DNA of 63,054 bases, filler included, from Octopus bimaculoides (taxonomy: Eukaryota): assembly GCF_001194135.2 (NCBI RefSeq). It is 5 parts of 5 records of this genome, joined end to end, with 100 filler letters (N's around TTAATTAATTAA, not from the genome) between each part and the next. Parts side by side here need not be neighbours in the genome. Positions count along the whole stretch, not along the records: positions 12,975 to 30,741 come from NC_068986.1; positions 30,842 to 50,785 come from NC_069010.1; 3 more parts are not named here. One strand, written 5' to 3'. The notes under the pieces were generated by a model. That model did not search any database, was not told the origin of the DNA, and worked only from the letters and a program-made list of their open reading frames with translations. A program made the position numbers and the translations under genes. Below, piece by piece: positions 26,440-39,544 of the stretch (position 1 is its first letter; every line of letters begins with the position of its first letter).

Positions 26440-27137
26440 TATGGAAACTGTTAGAAATAGAACTGCTCTCCGATGAAGCTGGTTGTGTTTGAATGTCTTC
26501 CATTTTAGTCTCCAGTTTACTTCTACTGTTTTCTTCCTCTAGTTGCATTATATCTGCTAATACATCAGTAGCTGATGGGTCTTTCTGGGTTAGTTCCCTT
26601 GGTTGATGATTGGCACAGCTGTCCGCTGTAGATAGTTCAGTACTTTCTTCATGACCATTTTGACTAGTAGGAGACTGCTGAGAATTATCATCACCACTAC
26701 TTAAAGTAGACTCTTCCCCACTGCTACTAGTAGAAGATTGAACAGAGTCTCGGTCATCAGATATGGAGTCAAAAGAAGATGAAGAATCCTCTTTATCACA
26801 CTTATCTTCTGCAATTGAAGAGTTATTAATTTCTACATTGTTGTTACCTAAATCTGTAGAATGGACTGTTCCTGGTAGCGGTGGTGAAGGTAATGTCCTA
26901 CTACTAAGCGACACATTTCGTTCATCACAGTTTTCATCGTATGTCGGACTGTCTGGTTTATCAGAATCAGACTTAGAAGATGGCCAGATGGTAGCAGAAT
27001 CAATGGAAGTTGCTTGCCAAAGAGGCGGTGAAGGTACAGGCAATGGTGGAGGAGTGTGTGGTGGGGTACGTATTGATGCAGTATGTCCATTAATATCAAT
27101 CCCATTAACAATATTCCGTGACTCACAAACAACTTTT
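26440..27137 (-). CDS. PPP4R2: PPP4R2 exon encoding the Pro/Ser/acidic low-complexity tail
   Basis: Acceptor tttctctttag|A, donor A|gtgagt at 26439, 698 nt, open frame, phase 2-1. Confidence 0.88.
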
Positions 27138-27345
27138 CTAAAGAGAAAGAAAAGCAAATCTTATGACAGTTATATGTGTAGCTAAAAATGAAACAATAAA
27201 AGTGAGCAAAACGTTAAATGTACAGATATCAAAAGGAAAAAAATAGTTTTCAATTTCTATCTTTAAATGGGTTATTTTAACAAGGACATATAAATTTTTG
27301 AAGTTAAATTATTGTCAAGTACTTTCAACTGAAATATGTACTAAC

Positions 27346-27383
27346 CTTCCGTATGGATCCACAGTGCTAACAACCATGATATT
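27346..27383 (-). CDS. PPP4R2: PPP4R2 38-nt exon (NIMVVSTVDPYG-R)
   Basis: Continues the family motif N(V/I)MVVS. Acceptor ctccttttcag|, donor AG|gttagt, phase 0-2, compatible with both neighbours. Confidence 0.9.
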
Positions 27384-29603
27384 CTGAAAAAGGAGAGAAT
27401 TTTATTTTAATATTTTATAGAGTGTCGGACATCCTACATGTGAAGATAAATAAGGGTAATGAAAGATTGATTTAAGAAAACTTGGCTGTAAAAATTGGTC
27501 TTTAAAAGAAATGCTAAAACAGAGTTTTTCCACAAAGCAGCAGTCTCTTAATACATATAAATTTTGGTGTGAAGATTAGGGAGAGCAACAATACAATCAG
27601 AAAGAAGCAAAATAGATTTAGCAATTAAGTTCTGGTGAATTACTATTATTACAGTTTATTATATTAGTAATAGAAAAAGCAGAACATGGCAGATCAAGAT
27701 TTGGAAGATTTTTTACTGCATAAACATTATCAATGAAGTAAATAACTTCTGAATATACACACCAACAAATGTGACAGCAATATTTTATAACATGTAGATT
27801 TAGAATTTGTAAGAATATTTGCCTCTAGAAGAGCTGTTTGAAATTGAAGGGTTTCTTTGTGCTAAACAATACTTACAGCCTTTACGTTATTTTGTTGACA
27901 CCTGTCATTCTCAGAGCCTGTAATCTAAGTGGTCTCTGCTCTACCTTATCCCCCATAGTAGATGATTATTATCAAATACCTAGTTATCTTCCTCATTATT
28001 CACTTCTCTTTTTCATGTAAATTTTTTGTTATATATTTTCTGAAAGTTTGCAATAAGCACCGGAATCTTTCAGCATTCATATACTTGACCCTTACATTAC
28101 CATATTTCTGCTGAAACACAACCTTTACTTTAATCAATCTTTAAAATAATATATTTAGTAAAATAGCTTTATCATTAAGCTAGTGTTTGGAAAATAAATT
28201 AACATGAAATTTTGATGGATGGTTTTAATTTAAATTACTACAAAACAAAAAGTTTCTACCATAGATAACAAGGATAGTCTCATGCAGGTTGGTATCAAGA
28301 GGGTTAATGTTCTTGGGGTACATTTCTCATTTAGTCCTCAATGCTTTTTCAGAGATTAGAGATACATTAACTATCAAAACCTAATTATACTTCTATCATT
28401 ACATTATGAATGGAAACCTAACCACTAATTCTATCATTCACCCAAACCACATCAGTTTTATTATCTACCTTGCTAAGCACATACCTACACCTACAGTTCT
28501 GGACTTATTATGCACCCCCAAAATCTTATATGCTGTTCTTGATGGATAATGTCGACATATTCCCCCATTCTTCTTGCATAAAACACACATCCACTCTACA
28601 CTACCTGAACTTCCCTATGTCTGCACAGTAATACTTGTACAGAGGTAGGTCACTTGAAAGAGAAAAAAAATGGCATTGACAAAATTCAAGATCAGGAGAT
28701 TTACAGCAAACTTCTTTGAATCATCATAGAACCAGTATAATGCATGATAGAACTGCCAATAAATTGGATGACATTTACAGTTTCATCAGTTATGGGATTT
28801 CACTGCATTCATAATGAATTTAGGTTTCTATCACTGATACAAGAATTTTTTCATGTATCTCATTTTCGTTTTATCTTCATCATCATCATTTGATGTCCAT
28901 ATTCCATACTGGCAATGGTTGGATGGTTTTGACAGGATCCGGTGAGCCAAAGAATTGATTGCACTGGGCTCCAATTTCTGCTTTGGTAAGGTTTCTCTGG
29001 ACACCTTTAGTTAAACTCTAAAGTAAGAATTATATTTTCAATTAAAAATAATAATCCATATGCCAAATTGAAGATAAAATTATTTGTGAATTTATCAAAA
29101 TCTGAAAAATGTGCTTGCAAAATAAAAAAAAATACTTGCAATAAGAACAAGTATCTTGAATAATTAGTTAATATGTAATAAAAGTAAAAAAAAAAAAGAT
29201 TTTAAAAATTATAAATATACTGATATACTGGAGTTTGCACTATATACATCCATCAAAATATTAGAAATAAAACAATTGCTGTGAAGTAGAATATTGTTCA
29301 AGATTTGTAGGTGAAGAATATAGAGAATTTCCAAGAAAACTGACTGGGTATATTATTAATGAATTCCTCTAATAGTGTTTCAAACATAAGCCTTTTATTT
29401 GTATTACAGGGAGATGTATCAGAAAAAAAACTAAACAGAGACCAAGCCAACCAATGAAAATATGAAAGCATTGTGAAAACAAATGAAAATGAAAAACAAA
29501 ACACTAGCTACAACAACAATCTCTCTCTTCATTAAACAAATGCAGACATTACAAAAAATAAATTTGAAAACTAATGCAGATTGATCTAAATTCACATCGT
29601 TAC

Positions 29604-29697
29604 CTTCTCAATGCCTCTCAGAAATTTATCACTCCTTTTATAGTGTCTGGTTGGTTCAGTTATGAGCTCACATAGTCTTTGAATTGTAAAAGGGGCA
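29604..29697 (-). CDS. PPP4R2: PP4 regulatory subunit 2, internal exon ([31 protein letters not shown])
   Basis: [10 protein letters not shown]...KFLRG(I/V)EK is the conserved PP4R2 core. Acceptor taatttcag|, donor AAG|gtaac, 94 nt, phase 2-0. Confidence 0.93.
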
Positions 29698-30189
29698 CTG
29701 AAATTAAATAATATAATCAAATGTTTAAATTGACCAGATTATAAAATACACTAATATTTCACATTTTTCATATGCTATATAATGAAAGTGATCAGTTAAA
29801 GAAATCATAGGGCATACAATTTAATTAAAACTTTATAAACTATCATCATGATTGAATGAGCTTAACCCTTTAGCAACCACAATCTTTCAAATTTAATGAG
29901 TATTTATTCATACTACATTGAATTCATCATGCATTATCTTGCAGCTTCAAAATTTTGATAATACACATGGTTATTGTTAGAATGGCATTGCATAGTAGGT
30001 GTAAGAGGCTGAGCCTGATCAGTTTAAACAAAACTGGTTAGAATATCTGGGCTGGATATGGCTACTTTAGGTGAGTGTGTTAAATTATAAGGAACTAAAA
30101 GAGAATTAATCTCCCGACACAACAATATTGATTGATATATATATATTTACACACACAGAAATATATACATTATTTACAATTGATAGATA

Positions 30190-30720
30190 TTTGTCCTCAT
30201 CTTGCCTGTTATTAACACAATGTGGAGATCCGTATACCGCTTGCCGACCTTCACTGGACGATACCTCAATCCATATTTCGTGCATGTTGTTAATACATCC
30301 AGGAATGCTAGCTGATTGTCTTTTCCTTTTTCCCCTGTGACTGTATGGATGGCTTTATTGAGTTCACATGATCTAACAGCACTTGGGCATCTTCCAGGTG
30401 GGGCTAGAGTATGAAGGTGTCATCAACATATCGCAGACATATCTCTCTCTCTCATATATATATATGGGAGAATATACGAAAAAACAACAGACGAGGACAG
30501 GTGGTGTAAATAATAAAAGGATGTATTAGTATGACGCTCGCGAATACGGAAAGTCTTTGACGTTTCGAGCTACGCTCTTCAACAGAAAGAATACGGAGAC
30601 AAGGAGAAAAACACGGAGAAAAAAAAATTGAATAGTGTTCAGTCAACGGTCAATCATAATAATGGCTGATCATAACAATGGCTGACTGGAAGTTAGAAAT
30701 TTTTTTTTCATGAGAGCTAA
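30190..30720 (-). mobile_element. Penelope-like element remnant (RT C-terminal fragment plus pLTR-type segment)
   Basis: LLDHVNSIKPSIQ, a 1-nt frameshift, then TGEKGKDNQLAFLDVL, matching the PLE-type RT thumb pattern. Hammerhead relic nearby. Confidence 0.65.
30554..30590 (-). ncRNA. Decayed minimal hammerhead (core CUGUUGA, A6 to U)
   Basis: UCUUU-CUGUUGA-A-GAGC GUA GCUC-GAAA-CG-UC|AAAGA; all helices are retained. Confidence 0.65.
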
Positions 30721-31511
30721 GAAAAGGGGGAGATAACAAACNNNNNNNNNNNNNNNNNNNNNNNNNNNNNNNNNNNNNNNNNNNNTTAATTAATTAANNN
30801 NNNNNNNNNNNNNNNNNNNNNNNNNNNNNNNNNNNNNNNNNCCGCAAGGACAAGACAGGGGGTCTGTGGACAGCAAATACTTTTTATGGACAATTTGATT
30901 TTATATGTGTTTTTTTAATCGAAATCTTTTAATTGACAATAAACCTATTTTGTTAAATACTGTTAAATAAATAAATGTAAAAATATATGTTATTTTAAGC
31001 AAATATTTATGTATAAATTTCATAAGTGTTTATAAGGGGGTCCCTAAGGTAAAGCCTGAAATATAAAGGGGTCCGTAAGTCAAAAAGTTTGAAAACTCCT
31101 GCTCTAAAGGGTCACAACTACTCCTGTTCCTCCTGACAAAAAACTTTAAAAAACAGCAAAAGGAAGAAGAAAAGCCCATCAACATCCATTGAGGAGGATC
31201 TTCGTTATCGTCATCGTCATCGTCACCATTATTGTATTCTTCATAATCATCATCATCACCAGCATCATTATCTTCATCATCATTGTCATTGTCATCACTA
31301 TCATCATCATCATCGTTTACTGTCTGCTTTCCTATGCTTGCATGAGCCAGACTGAATTACTTTAGGCAGGTTTGCCACAACTGGACAATGCCCTTCCTGT
31401 TACTAGTCCTCACCTGTTTCTAAGCAAAGTAAATATTTCCCCCCAGAACCAGACATGGTTTCCACAGAAGACTGGAGACAAATGACCATTTATGACCATC
31501 ACACAATTACT

Positions 31512-31901
31512 TGATGTTGTTGGCACTCCGTCGCTTACGACGTCGAGGGTTCCAGTTGATTCCAATCAACGGAACAGCCTGCTCATGAAATAAACGTGCA
31601 AGTGGCTGAGCACTCCACAGACACATGTACCCTTAACGTAGTTCTCGGGGATATTCAGCGTGACACAGTGTGACAAGGCTGACCCCTTTGAATTACAGGC
31701 ACAACAGAAACAGGAAGTAAGAGTGAGAGAAAGTTGTGGTGGAAGAGTACAGCAGGGTTTGCCACCACCCCCTGCCGGAGCCTCATGGAGCTTTAAGTGT
31801 TTCCGCTCAATAAACACTCACAACGCCTGGTCTGGGAATCGAAACCGCGATCCTGTGACCGCGAGTCCGCTGCCCTAACCACTGGGCCATTGCGCCTCCA
31901 C
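31512..31901 (-). mobile_element. tRNA-derived SINE family A, full length, with an 11-bp TSD
   Basis: TSD acacaattact at 31501-11 and 31902-12. Confidence 0.9.
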
Positions 31902-32529
31902 ACACAATTACTAGGGTACACAAAAACACATACACACCCATACATAGGACTCACTCCGATCATGAATGGCCATGGGATTGTGCCTAGAAAGTTCTCCTCT
32001 GAGGCACAAATGTGGGTAAAGTTGTTTATAGAAGACCAGCATTTGCCCATACATACCAGTCTCCCTTCTCCATACCACTGATGTCATCCAAGCGAAAGGC
32101 AAAGGCTGATACAACTTGGCACCAGTGACGTCGCATGTGATATAAAGTGTCTTGCTCAAGAACACAACACACAGCCTGGTCCAAGAATCGAACTCACTAC
32201 CTCATGATTGTGAGCCCACCCTTCTAATGACTGAGCCATGCACCATCCTGATCATCATCACCATCATCATTCAACATCCACTTTTCCATGCTGGCATGGG
32301 TCAGACAGAGTTCAACGGAATTTATCGGGGCAGATTTTGTACGGCTGAATGCCCTTCCTGTCACCTAACTTCAGTTGTTTCCAAGTCAGGTAAATTTTTC
32401 TCTATGGCTGGACATGCTTTCCACGGACAACGGGGAAAAAAGTTAACCTTACTTGTATGACGATGGTGCTCTTTACAAATACCATGTGATGCTTAGATAA
32501 AGGTATACACACACATTTGCTGGGTAATG

Positions 32530-33030
32530 TGTAACGCAGGCCTCTGCCAGGGATGTAGCCAGCCCATTTATGCATACCTTTCCTTCACTGGACACTAAAC
32601 TCCGCTTGCGAAGACCTGTTGGGGCAAGCGAAAGCGAAATCGTGATGGCACCACCGTTCGAGCGTGATCGTTACCAGCGTCGCCTTCCTGGCACTTGTAC
32701 CGCAGCATCGCATTCCTGGCACATGAAAAGTCATTCGAGTGTGATCTTTGCCAGTGCCGCTAGACTGGCTCCTGTGCAGGTGGCACGTAAAATACACCAT
32801 TTTGAGCATGGCCGTTGCCAGTACCTCCTGAATGGCCCTCGTGCCGGTGGCACGTAAAAGCACCCACTACAGTCTCGGAGTGGTTGGCGTTAGGAAGGGC
32901 ATCCAGCTGTAGAAACTCTGCCAAACCAGATTGGAGCCTGGTGTAGCCAACTGGTTCACCAGTCCTCAGTCAAACCGTCCAACCCATGCTAGCATGGAAA
33001 GCGGACGTTAAACGATGATGATGATGATGA
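32530..33030 (+). mobile_element. RTE-LINE 3' UTR/tail repeat ending in (GAT)n
   Basis: ggcgttaggaagggcatccagctgtag...gcggacgttaaacgatgatg. Copies at 23060-23225, 33985-34165, 47715-48035, 13380-13630, and on the - strand at 33466-33690 and 35769-35990 (WKYAVREKTRQAK*). Confidence 0.75.
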
Positions 33031-33040
33031 ATGATGATTA

Positions 33041-33465
33041 AGGTTTCTTACCAATACAGAAAGAGCCGGTTTCTAACCTAGATCCAAGGCTCCTTCATTA
33101 GAATTTCAATAACATCAACATGGTATATTTGCATGTATGTATATGCACATATTTGTATGTTTTGTTTTATGTATTCTCATGCATATAGTTGCATGTCTAG
33201 ACATGCACATATATACTTAAATGATAAACTTCTGGAAAGTTTTTATGCATGCATGTATGTATGTATGTAAGCCATTATTAAGTTTCATTGCAAGATTTCT
33301 TGCCAATAGAGAAAGAGCCGGTTTCTAACCTAGATCCAAGGCACCTTCATTGGAATTTCAACGACATCAACAGAGTATTTCTGCATGGACGTGTGTGTAT
33401 ATGTGCAGTATTTGTATGTTTTGTTTTATGTTTCTGTTCTCATGCATATAGCTGCATGTCTAGAC
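33041..33465. repeat. Diverged tandem duplication, period about 250 bp
   Basis: gaaagagccggtttctaacctagatccaagg...gcatgtctagacat occurs twice. Confidence 0.75.
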
Positions 33466-33696
33466 ATCACCCTCATCATTTAACGTCTGTTGTCCATGCT
33501 GGCATGGGTTGGACGGTTTGACCAAGGCTGGCAAGCTGGGGAGCTGCACCAGACTCCAGTCTGATTTACCATGGTTTCTATGGCTGGATGCCCTTCCGAA
33601 TGCCAACCACTTTACAGAATGTGCTGAGCACTTTTATGTGGCACTGCACGGGCGCTTTTACGTGGCACTACATTGGCATCACTTGTACATGACGCA

Positions 33697-33848
33697 TACC
33701 GTAAGCCCTTGAGTATAATACGCAGGGGATTATTATGGGGCTGTACTTCTGAAAAACCTAAACCTTGTGTATAATACGCACCCCTTCTCTAACTTGAGTC
33801 AAGGAGGTCTATATAATGTCCTTGGTTTGTAAACATATATATACGGTA
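33697..33848. mobile_element. Small pogo/Tigger-like MITE
   Basis: TACCGTA...TACGGTA termini and internal repeat gtataatacgca. Confidence 0.4.
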
Positions 33849-34489
33849 ACGTCCTTTATTATTATTGTATATATAACATAATGCAAACATGTAGCATTTT
33901 TGTGCACTTAGTCTGGACACCTTGGTCTGATGAGAATTGCCCAGAAGTTAAGCTATTGGGTCACTAAAGTGTTGGACAAAATGCTGACACGTAAAAGCAC
34001 CCACTACACTCTTTGAGTGGTTGGCATTAGGAAGGGCATCCAGCTGTAAAAACTCTGCCAAATCAGATTGGAGCCTGGTGTAGCCATCTGGTTTCACCAG
34101 TCCTCAGTCAAATCGTCCAACCCATGCTAGCATGGAAAGCGGACGTTAAACGATGATGATGATCTTCTACATTCTGAGTTCAAATCATGCCAAAGTCAGC
34201 TTTGCTATCTATGACTCCCTTTTTTTTTTCTTTTTTTTTTTGTGAAGTATTCACTAAAATAAAGGACCAACGACCCAGCTTGATGGCTTGCTAGGTCTGT
34301 TAGACAATCAAATGTAGTCCCTTGGGGTAGTGTTGTGTACTTGACTTAATCCATTATCCAGTTTAACACTACGATCACTATGAGGTCCTAGGGTGTCTTT
34401 AGTGGTGGACCCACCCTGTATTCTGCTCAGGTCTCCATCCATCCCACAGTGTCTAAGACCCCCTAATTATAAAAGACCATGACTATGGG

Positions 34490-34935
34490 CATTGTTCCAC
34501 CATTACCACCACCATCACCACTACTACCTCCACCACCACCACCACCACAGACAAAGCAGATAAGGAGGAGTGTAGTTTTAAAAAGTACCCTGGATTGTTG
34601 TTCATTTGTTCCCCCACCCCCACCTCATGGCACTGTAATATCTGCGCTTCTTATCTATTTAGTGTTACTGTGGAGATGATGATGATGATGATGATGATGA
34701 TAAGAGATGTAGCTGTAAAGCAAAACTTCTTGAGTGGTTTGAGGTTCAGTCACCACCACCACCACTACTATCACCATCACCTCCACTACCACCACCATCA
34801 CCTCCACAACCACCACCATCATCACCACCACTGCCACCACCATCATCACCACCACAACCTCCACACACCACCACCACCACCACAAAAACTCACACACCAC
34901 AACCTCCACACCACTACCACACCAACCACCACTGT
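34490..34935. repeat. (CAC)n/(GAT)n trinucleotide microsatellite tract
   Basis: Direct inspection. Many other (TA)n, (CA)n, (AG)n, (ATT)n, (ATC)n and (ATCT)n tracts occur, e.g. 1560-1666, 10260-10340, 12570-13020, 57985-58068, 59390-59470 and 62520-63054. Confidence 0.95.
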
Positions 34936-35087
34936 GGCCTTGGACTAATATCAGTTGACTGATAAAACATTAACACAACATGTTGGTGTATGGTCATACA
35001 CTTTACACATATACAAACATATATAAGTACATGAATTTACAACTTTATCTTTCAATGGATATAGAATTATACATAGGCCCATGTATG

Positions 35088-35129
<42 letters not shown>

Positions 35130-37390
35130 NNNNNNNNNNNNNNNNNNNNNNNNNNNNNNNNNNNNNNNNNNNNNNNNNNNNNNNNNNNNNNNNNNNNNNN
35201 NNNNNNNNNNNNNNNNNNNNNNNNNNNNNNNNNNNNNNNNNNNNNNNNNNNNNNNNNNNNNNNNNNNNNNNNNNNNNNNNNNNNNNNNNNNNNNNNNNNN
35301 NNNNNNNNNNNNNNNNNNNNNNNNNNNNNNNNNNNNNNNNNNNNNNNNNNNNNNNNNNNNNNNNNNNNNNNNNNNNNNNNNNNNNNNNNNNNNNNNNNNN
35401 NNNNNNNNNNNNNNNNNNNNNNNNNNNNNNNNNNNNNNNNNNNNNNNNNNNNNNNNNNNNNNNNNNNNNNNNNNNNNNNNNNNNNNNNNNNNNNNNNNNN
35501 NNNNNNNNNNNNNNNNNNNNNNNNNNNNNNNNNNNNNNNNNNNNNNNNNNNNNNNNNNNNNNNNNNNNNNNNNNNNNNNNNNNNNNNNNNNNNNNNNNNN
35601 NNNNNNNNNNNNNNNNNNNNNNNNNNNNNNNNNNNNNNNNNNNNNNNNNNNNNNNNNNNNNNNNNNNNNNNNNNNNNNNNNNNNNNNNNNNNNNNNNNNN
35701 NNNNNNNNNNNNNNNNNNNNNNNNNNNNNNNNNNNNNNNNNNNNNNNNNNNNNNNNNNNNNNNNNNNAACAGGTCTTCACAAGCGTAGTTTAGTGTCCAA
35801 TGAAGGAAGGTACGCATAAGTGGGCTGGCTACACCCCTGGCAGAGGCCTTGAATTTAGGTCTCACTTGGCTTGCCTGGTCTTCTCACGCACAGCATATTT
35901 CCAAAGGTCTCAGTCAGAAGTCATCACCTGTCGAAACTTGTCAGTTTTCTTGACCTGAAGAGTAACCTGTGGTATACGCCTTGCTTGGACATTTACTTTC
36001 GAGGGTCTGCTCGCTATGAAACATATGTAGCCCGGATTTTTATCTAATCCATTGCTTAACTCTTGTATATAGATACATATCTGTGTATGTGTGTGTTATT
36101 TCTTTACTACCCACAAGGGGCTACACACAGAGGGGACAAACAAGGACAGACAAACGGATTATATCGACCCCAGTGCGTAACTGGTACTTATTTAATCGAC
36201 CCCGAAAGGATGAACAGCAAAGTCGACCTCGGCGGAATTTGAACTCAGAACATAGCGGGCAGACGAAATACCGCTAAGCATTTCGCCCTGTGTGCTAACG
36301 GTTCTGCCATCTCACCGCCATATCTGTGTATGTGTGTGTGTTCACCCACCACCGCTTGATAACCAGTGTTGGTGTGTTTACATCCTCGTAACCTAGCGGT
36401 TCGGCAGAAGACACCAATAGAATAAGTACCAAGTTTGTTCGATTGAAACAAAACCTTCCAATGCGGTGCCCCAGCATGGTTGGAGTGAAATGACTGAAAC
36501 AAGTATAAAAAAAAAAGGTGGTAAGTAGCTTGCTTACCAACCACATGGTTCTGGGTTCAGTCCGACTGCGTGGCACCTTGGGCAAGTGTCTTTTCCTATA
36601 GCCTCGGGCTGACCAAAGCCTTGTGAGTGGATTTGGTAGACGGAAACTGAAAGAAGCCTGTCGTATATATGTATGTATATATATATGTATGTGTGTGTAT
36701 ATGTTTGTGTGTCTGTNNNNNNNNNNNNNNNNNNNNNNNNNNNNNNNNNNNNNNNNNNNNNNNNNNNNNNNNNNNNNNNNNNNNNNNNNNNNNNNNNNNN
36801 NNNNNNNNNNNNNNNNNNNNNNNNNNNNNNNNNNNNNNNNNNNNNNNNNNNNNNNNNNNNNNNNNNNNNNNNNNNNNNNNNNNNNNNNNNNNNNNNNNNN
36901 NNNNNNNNNNNNNNNNNNNNNNNNNNNNNNNNNNNNNNNNNNNNNNNNNNNNNNNNNNNNNNNNNNNNNNNNNNNNNNNNNNNNNNNNNNNNNNNNNNNN
37001 NNNNNNNNNNNNNNNNNNNNNNNNNNNNNNNNNNNNNNNNNNNNNNNNNNNNNNNNNNNNNNNNNNNNNNNNNNNNNNNNNNNNNNNNNNNNNNNNNNNN
37101 NNNNNNNNNNNNNNNNNNNNNNNNNNNNNNNNNNNNNNNNNNNNNNNNNNNNNNNNNNNNNNNNNNNNNNNNNNNNNNNNNNNNNNNNNGTGTGCGTGCA
37201 GGGGTGAGGGAGGAATAGGATGTATAGTCACCGCCGCCGCCGCCGCCCTCCCTTTTTTTCTTTCTCCCTTTCCCTCTCTGTCTGTCTGTCTCTCTCTCTC
37301 TCTCTTTCCCCACCTGAATCGATATGGACTACAGTGAAAGGTGGAATAAAATATACCGTTACCACCACCACCACTCTGTCTTTCTTTCTT

Positions 37391-37438
<48 letters not shown>

Positions 37439-38182
37439 TCCTCCCTCTCCTCCGACACTGTCTTCACCTGAATCGATGTGGGCCACGGTGACACTATTAC
37501 TTTACCCCGTCCTAATCTGGTGGGCGAGGGGTGGTAGAATAGACCGTGTACCGTCACCACCAACGCCACCTGTTCATAAAGCCTGTTTATAAAGTTTCTC
37601 ACACTACCACCACCGCCGCTATCACTGTCATCCTCTCACATGAGGTCAACACGAGGTCACCACAAGACAGTCACACGAGACGCCAAGTAGAGCGGTGGAG
37701 GTGGGGGGAATACATGGTGGGCATGGTTGGACTGCCTTCCATTATTATACGTCTGCTAGCAGGCTTGTTTCGTTAGTTCATCGGGCTAAATACTTAAGGT
37801 TTCCTCTCGCCCCCCCTTTTTTTTACTTGCTGCAGTCATTAGACTTACGGCCATTCTGGGGCACCACCTTGATGGGTTTCAGTCGAAGAAATCGACCTCA
37901 AGAGATTTTGTTTAAGCCTGGTACTTATTCCACTTGGTCTTTTGGATTACTCTTACTCTTAACTCTTTACTCTTTTACCTGTTTCAGTCATTTGACTGCG
38001 GCCATGCTGGAGCACCGCCTTGAGTCGAGCAAATTAACCCCGGGACTTATTCTTTGAAAGCCTAGTACTTATTCTATCGGTTATCTTTTTGCCGAACCGC
38101 TAAGTTACGGGGACCTAAACACACCAGCATCGGTTGTCAAGCGATGGTGGAGGGACAAACACAGACACGAAAACACACATAC

Positions 38183-38221
<39 letters not shown>

Positions 38222-39184
38222 CGACGGGCTTCTTTCAGTTTCCGTCTACCAAATCCACTCACAAGGCTTTGGTCAGCCCGAGGCTATAGTAGGACCATGT
38301 GGTTGGTAAGCAAGCTACTTACTACACAGCCACTCCTGCGCCTATATATATATATATATATATGTTAATGTGTATGTATTTATATTAATGTGTATATATG
38401 CATATATGTTCATATTTATTTATGTGTGTATGTTCGTCTGAATGTATGTTTGTGTGTATGTATGCGTGTGTATATAGGCATGTATGTATGTATGCGTGCA
38501 GACATACACAAGGAAAAGACATCTCAATATATTTTAAATTTGTTGAAGAGGGAAAAACAATTTTCCAAAGTACAAATTTTACAGAATTTAGGCGGGGTGG
38601 GTTTGCATAAGGGCGACGTCCTCTTGTTTGAATATCTGGGGCAACACTCACACCCTGCTACTAGTACTACTGCCCTATGTCACTACCACCACCACTACTA
38701 CTGTTAAGAAGTGGGAGGAGGAGAAGAAGGATGAGAAGAGGAGTAGGAAGGAGGATTGTTTGAAATTGAGGCCCATAGCCTTTCCTTTCGGTTTCAGGGC
38801 AGAAGGAAATTTGAAACCCCCCAACTGCAGCACTTGAAATTATAATGATTTCTTTATGAACCACAAAAGGGTTGACATTTAAGAAAAACATTTGAGCAGC
38901 AGAAGACAAGACATTGAGAGTGTGTGTGTGTGTGTGTGTGCTTTTGCAAGGGTTTTGCCTGTTAACAGGTTTAGTCCCTTTGATGCCACTCCCACTGATT
39001 CTATCCATAAGATATCTCCCTATTATAACTATGCTTATAATTATATAATTTTTATATAATGGTTCATTTAACACACCGAACTACTTGGTAAAATCATTAA
39101 TTATTAATTGTTTATTAATTTTACCCTTTATTATTATATATATGTATGTGTATATATATATGTGTGTATATATATATATGTGTG

Positions 39185-39215
<31 letters not shown>

Positions 39216-39416
39216 AATAATATACGTGTGAAGTGTTCCATATTTTTCAAGGTGCAGGACTGGCTGTGTGGTAAGTAGCTTGCTTACCAACCACATGGTC
39301 CCGGTTTCAGTCCCACTGCGTGGCACCTTGGGCAAGTGTCGTCGACCAAAGCCTTGTGAGTGGATTTGGTAGACAGAAACTGGAAGAAGCTTGTCATATA
39401 TGTATATATATATGTA

Positions 39417-39459
<43 letters not shown>

Positions 39460-39544
39460 ATATGTTTGTCCCCCCAGCATCGCTTGACAACCGATGCTGG
39501 TGTGTTTGCGCCCCCGTAACTTAGCGGTTTGGCAAAAGAGACCA

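Noticed and set aside
26763-27185. 140-aa + strand ORF (also 25822-26121)
   Set aside because: Antisense shadows of the low-complexity PPP4R2 exons.
33920-33975. CUGAUGA followed by a hairpin (similar isolated heptamers near 16505, 23398 and 42545)
   Set aside because: No GAAA/helix III/NUH in the required position.
34595-34948. Poly-Met/poly-His ORF
   Set aside because: Translation of (GAT)n and (CAC)n microsatellites.
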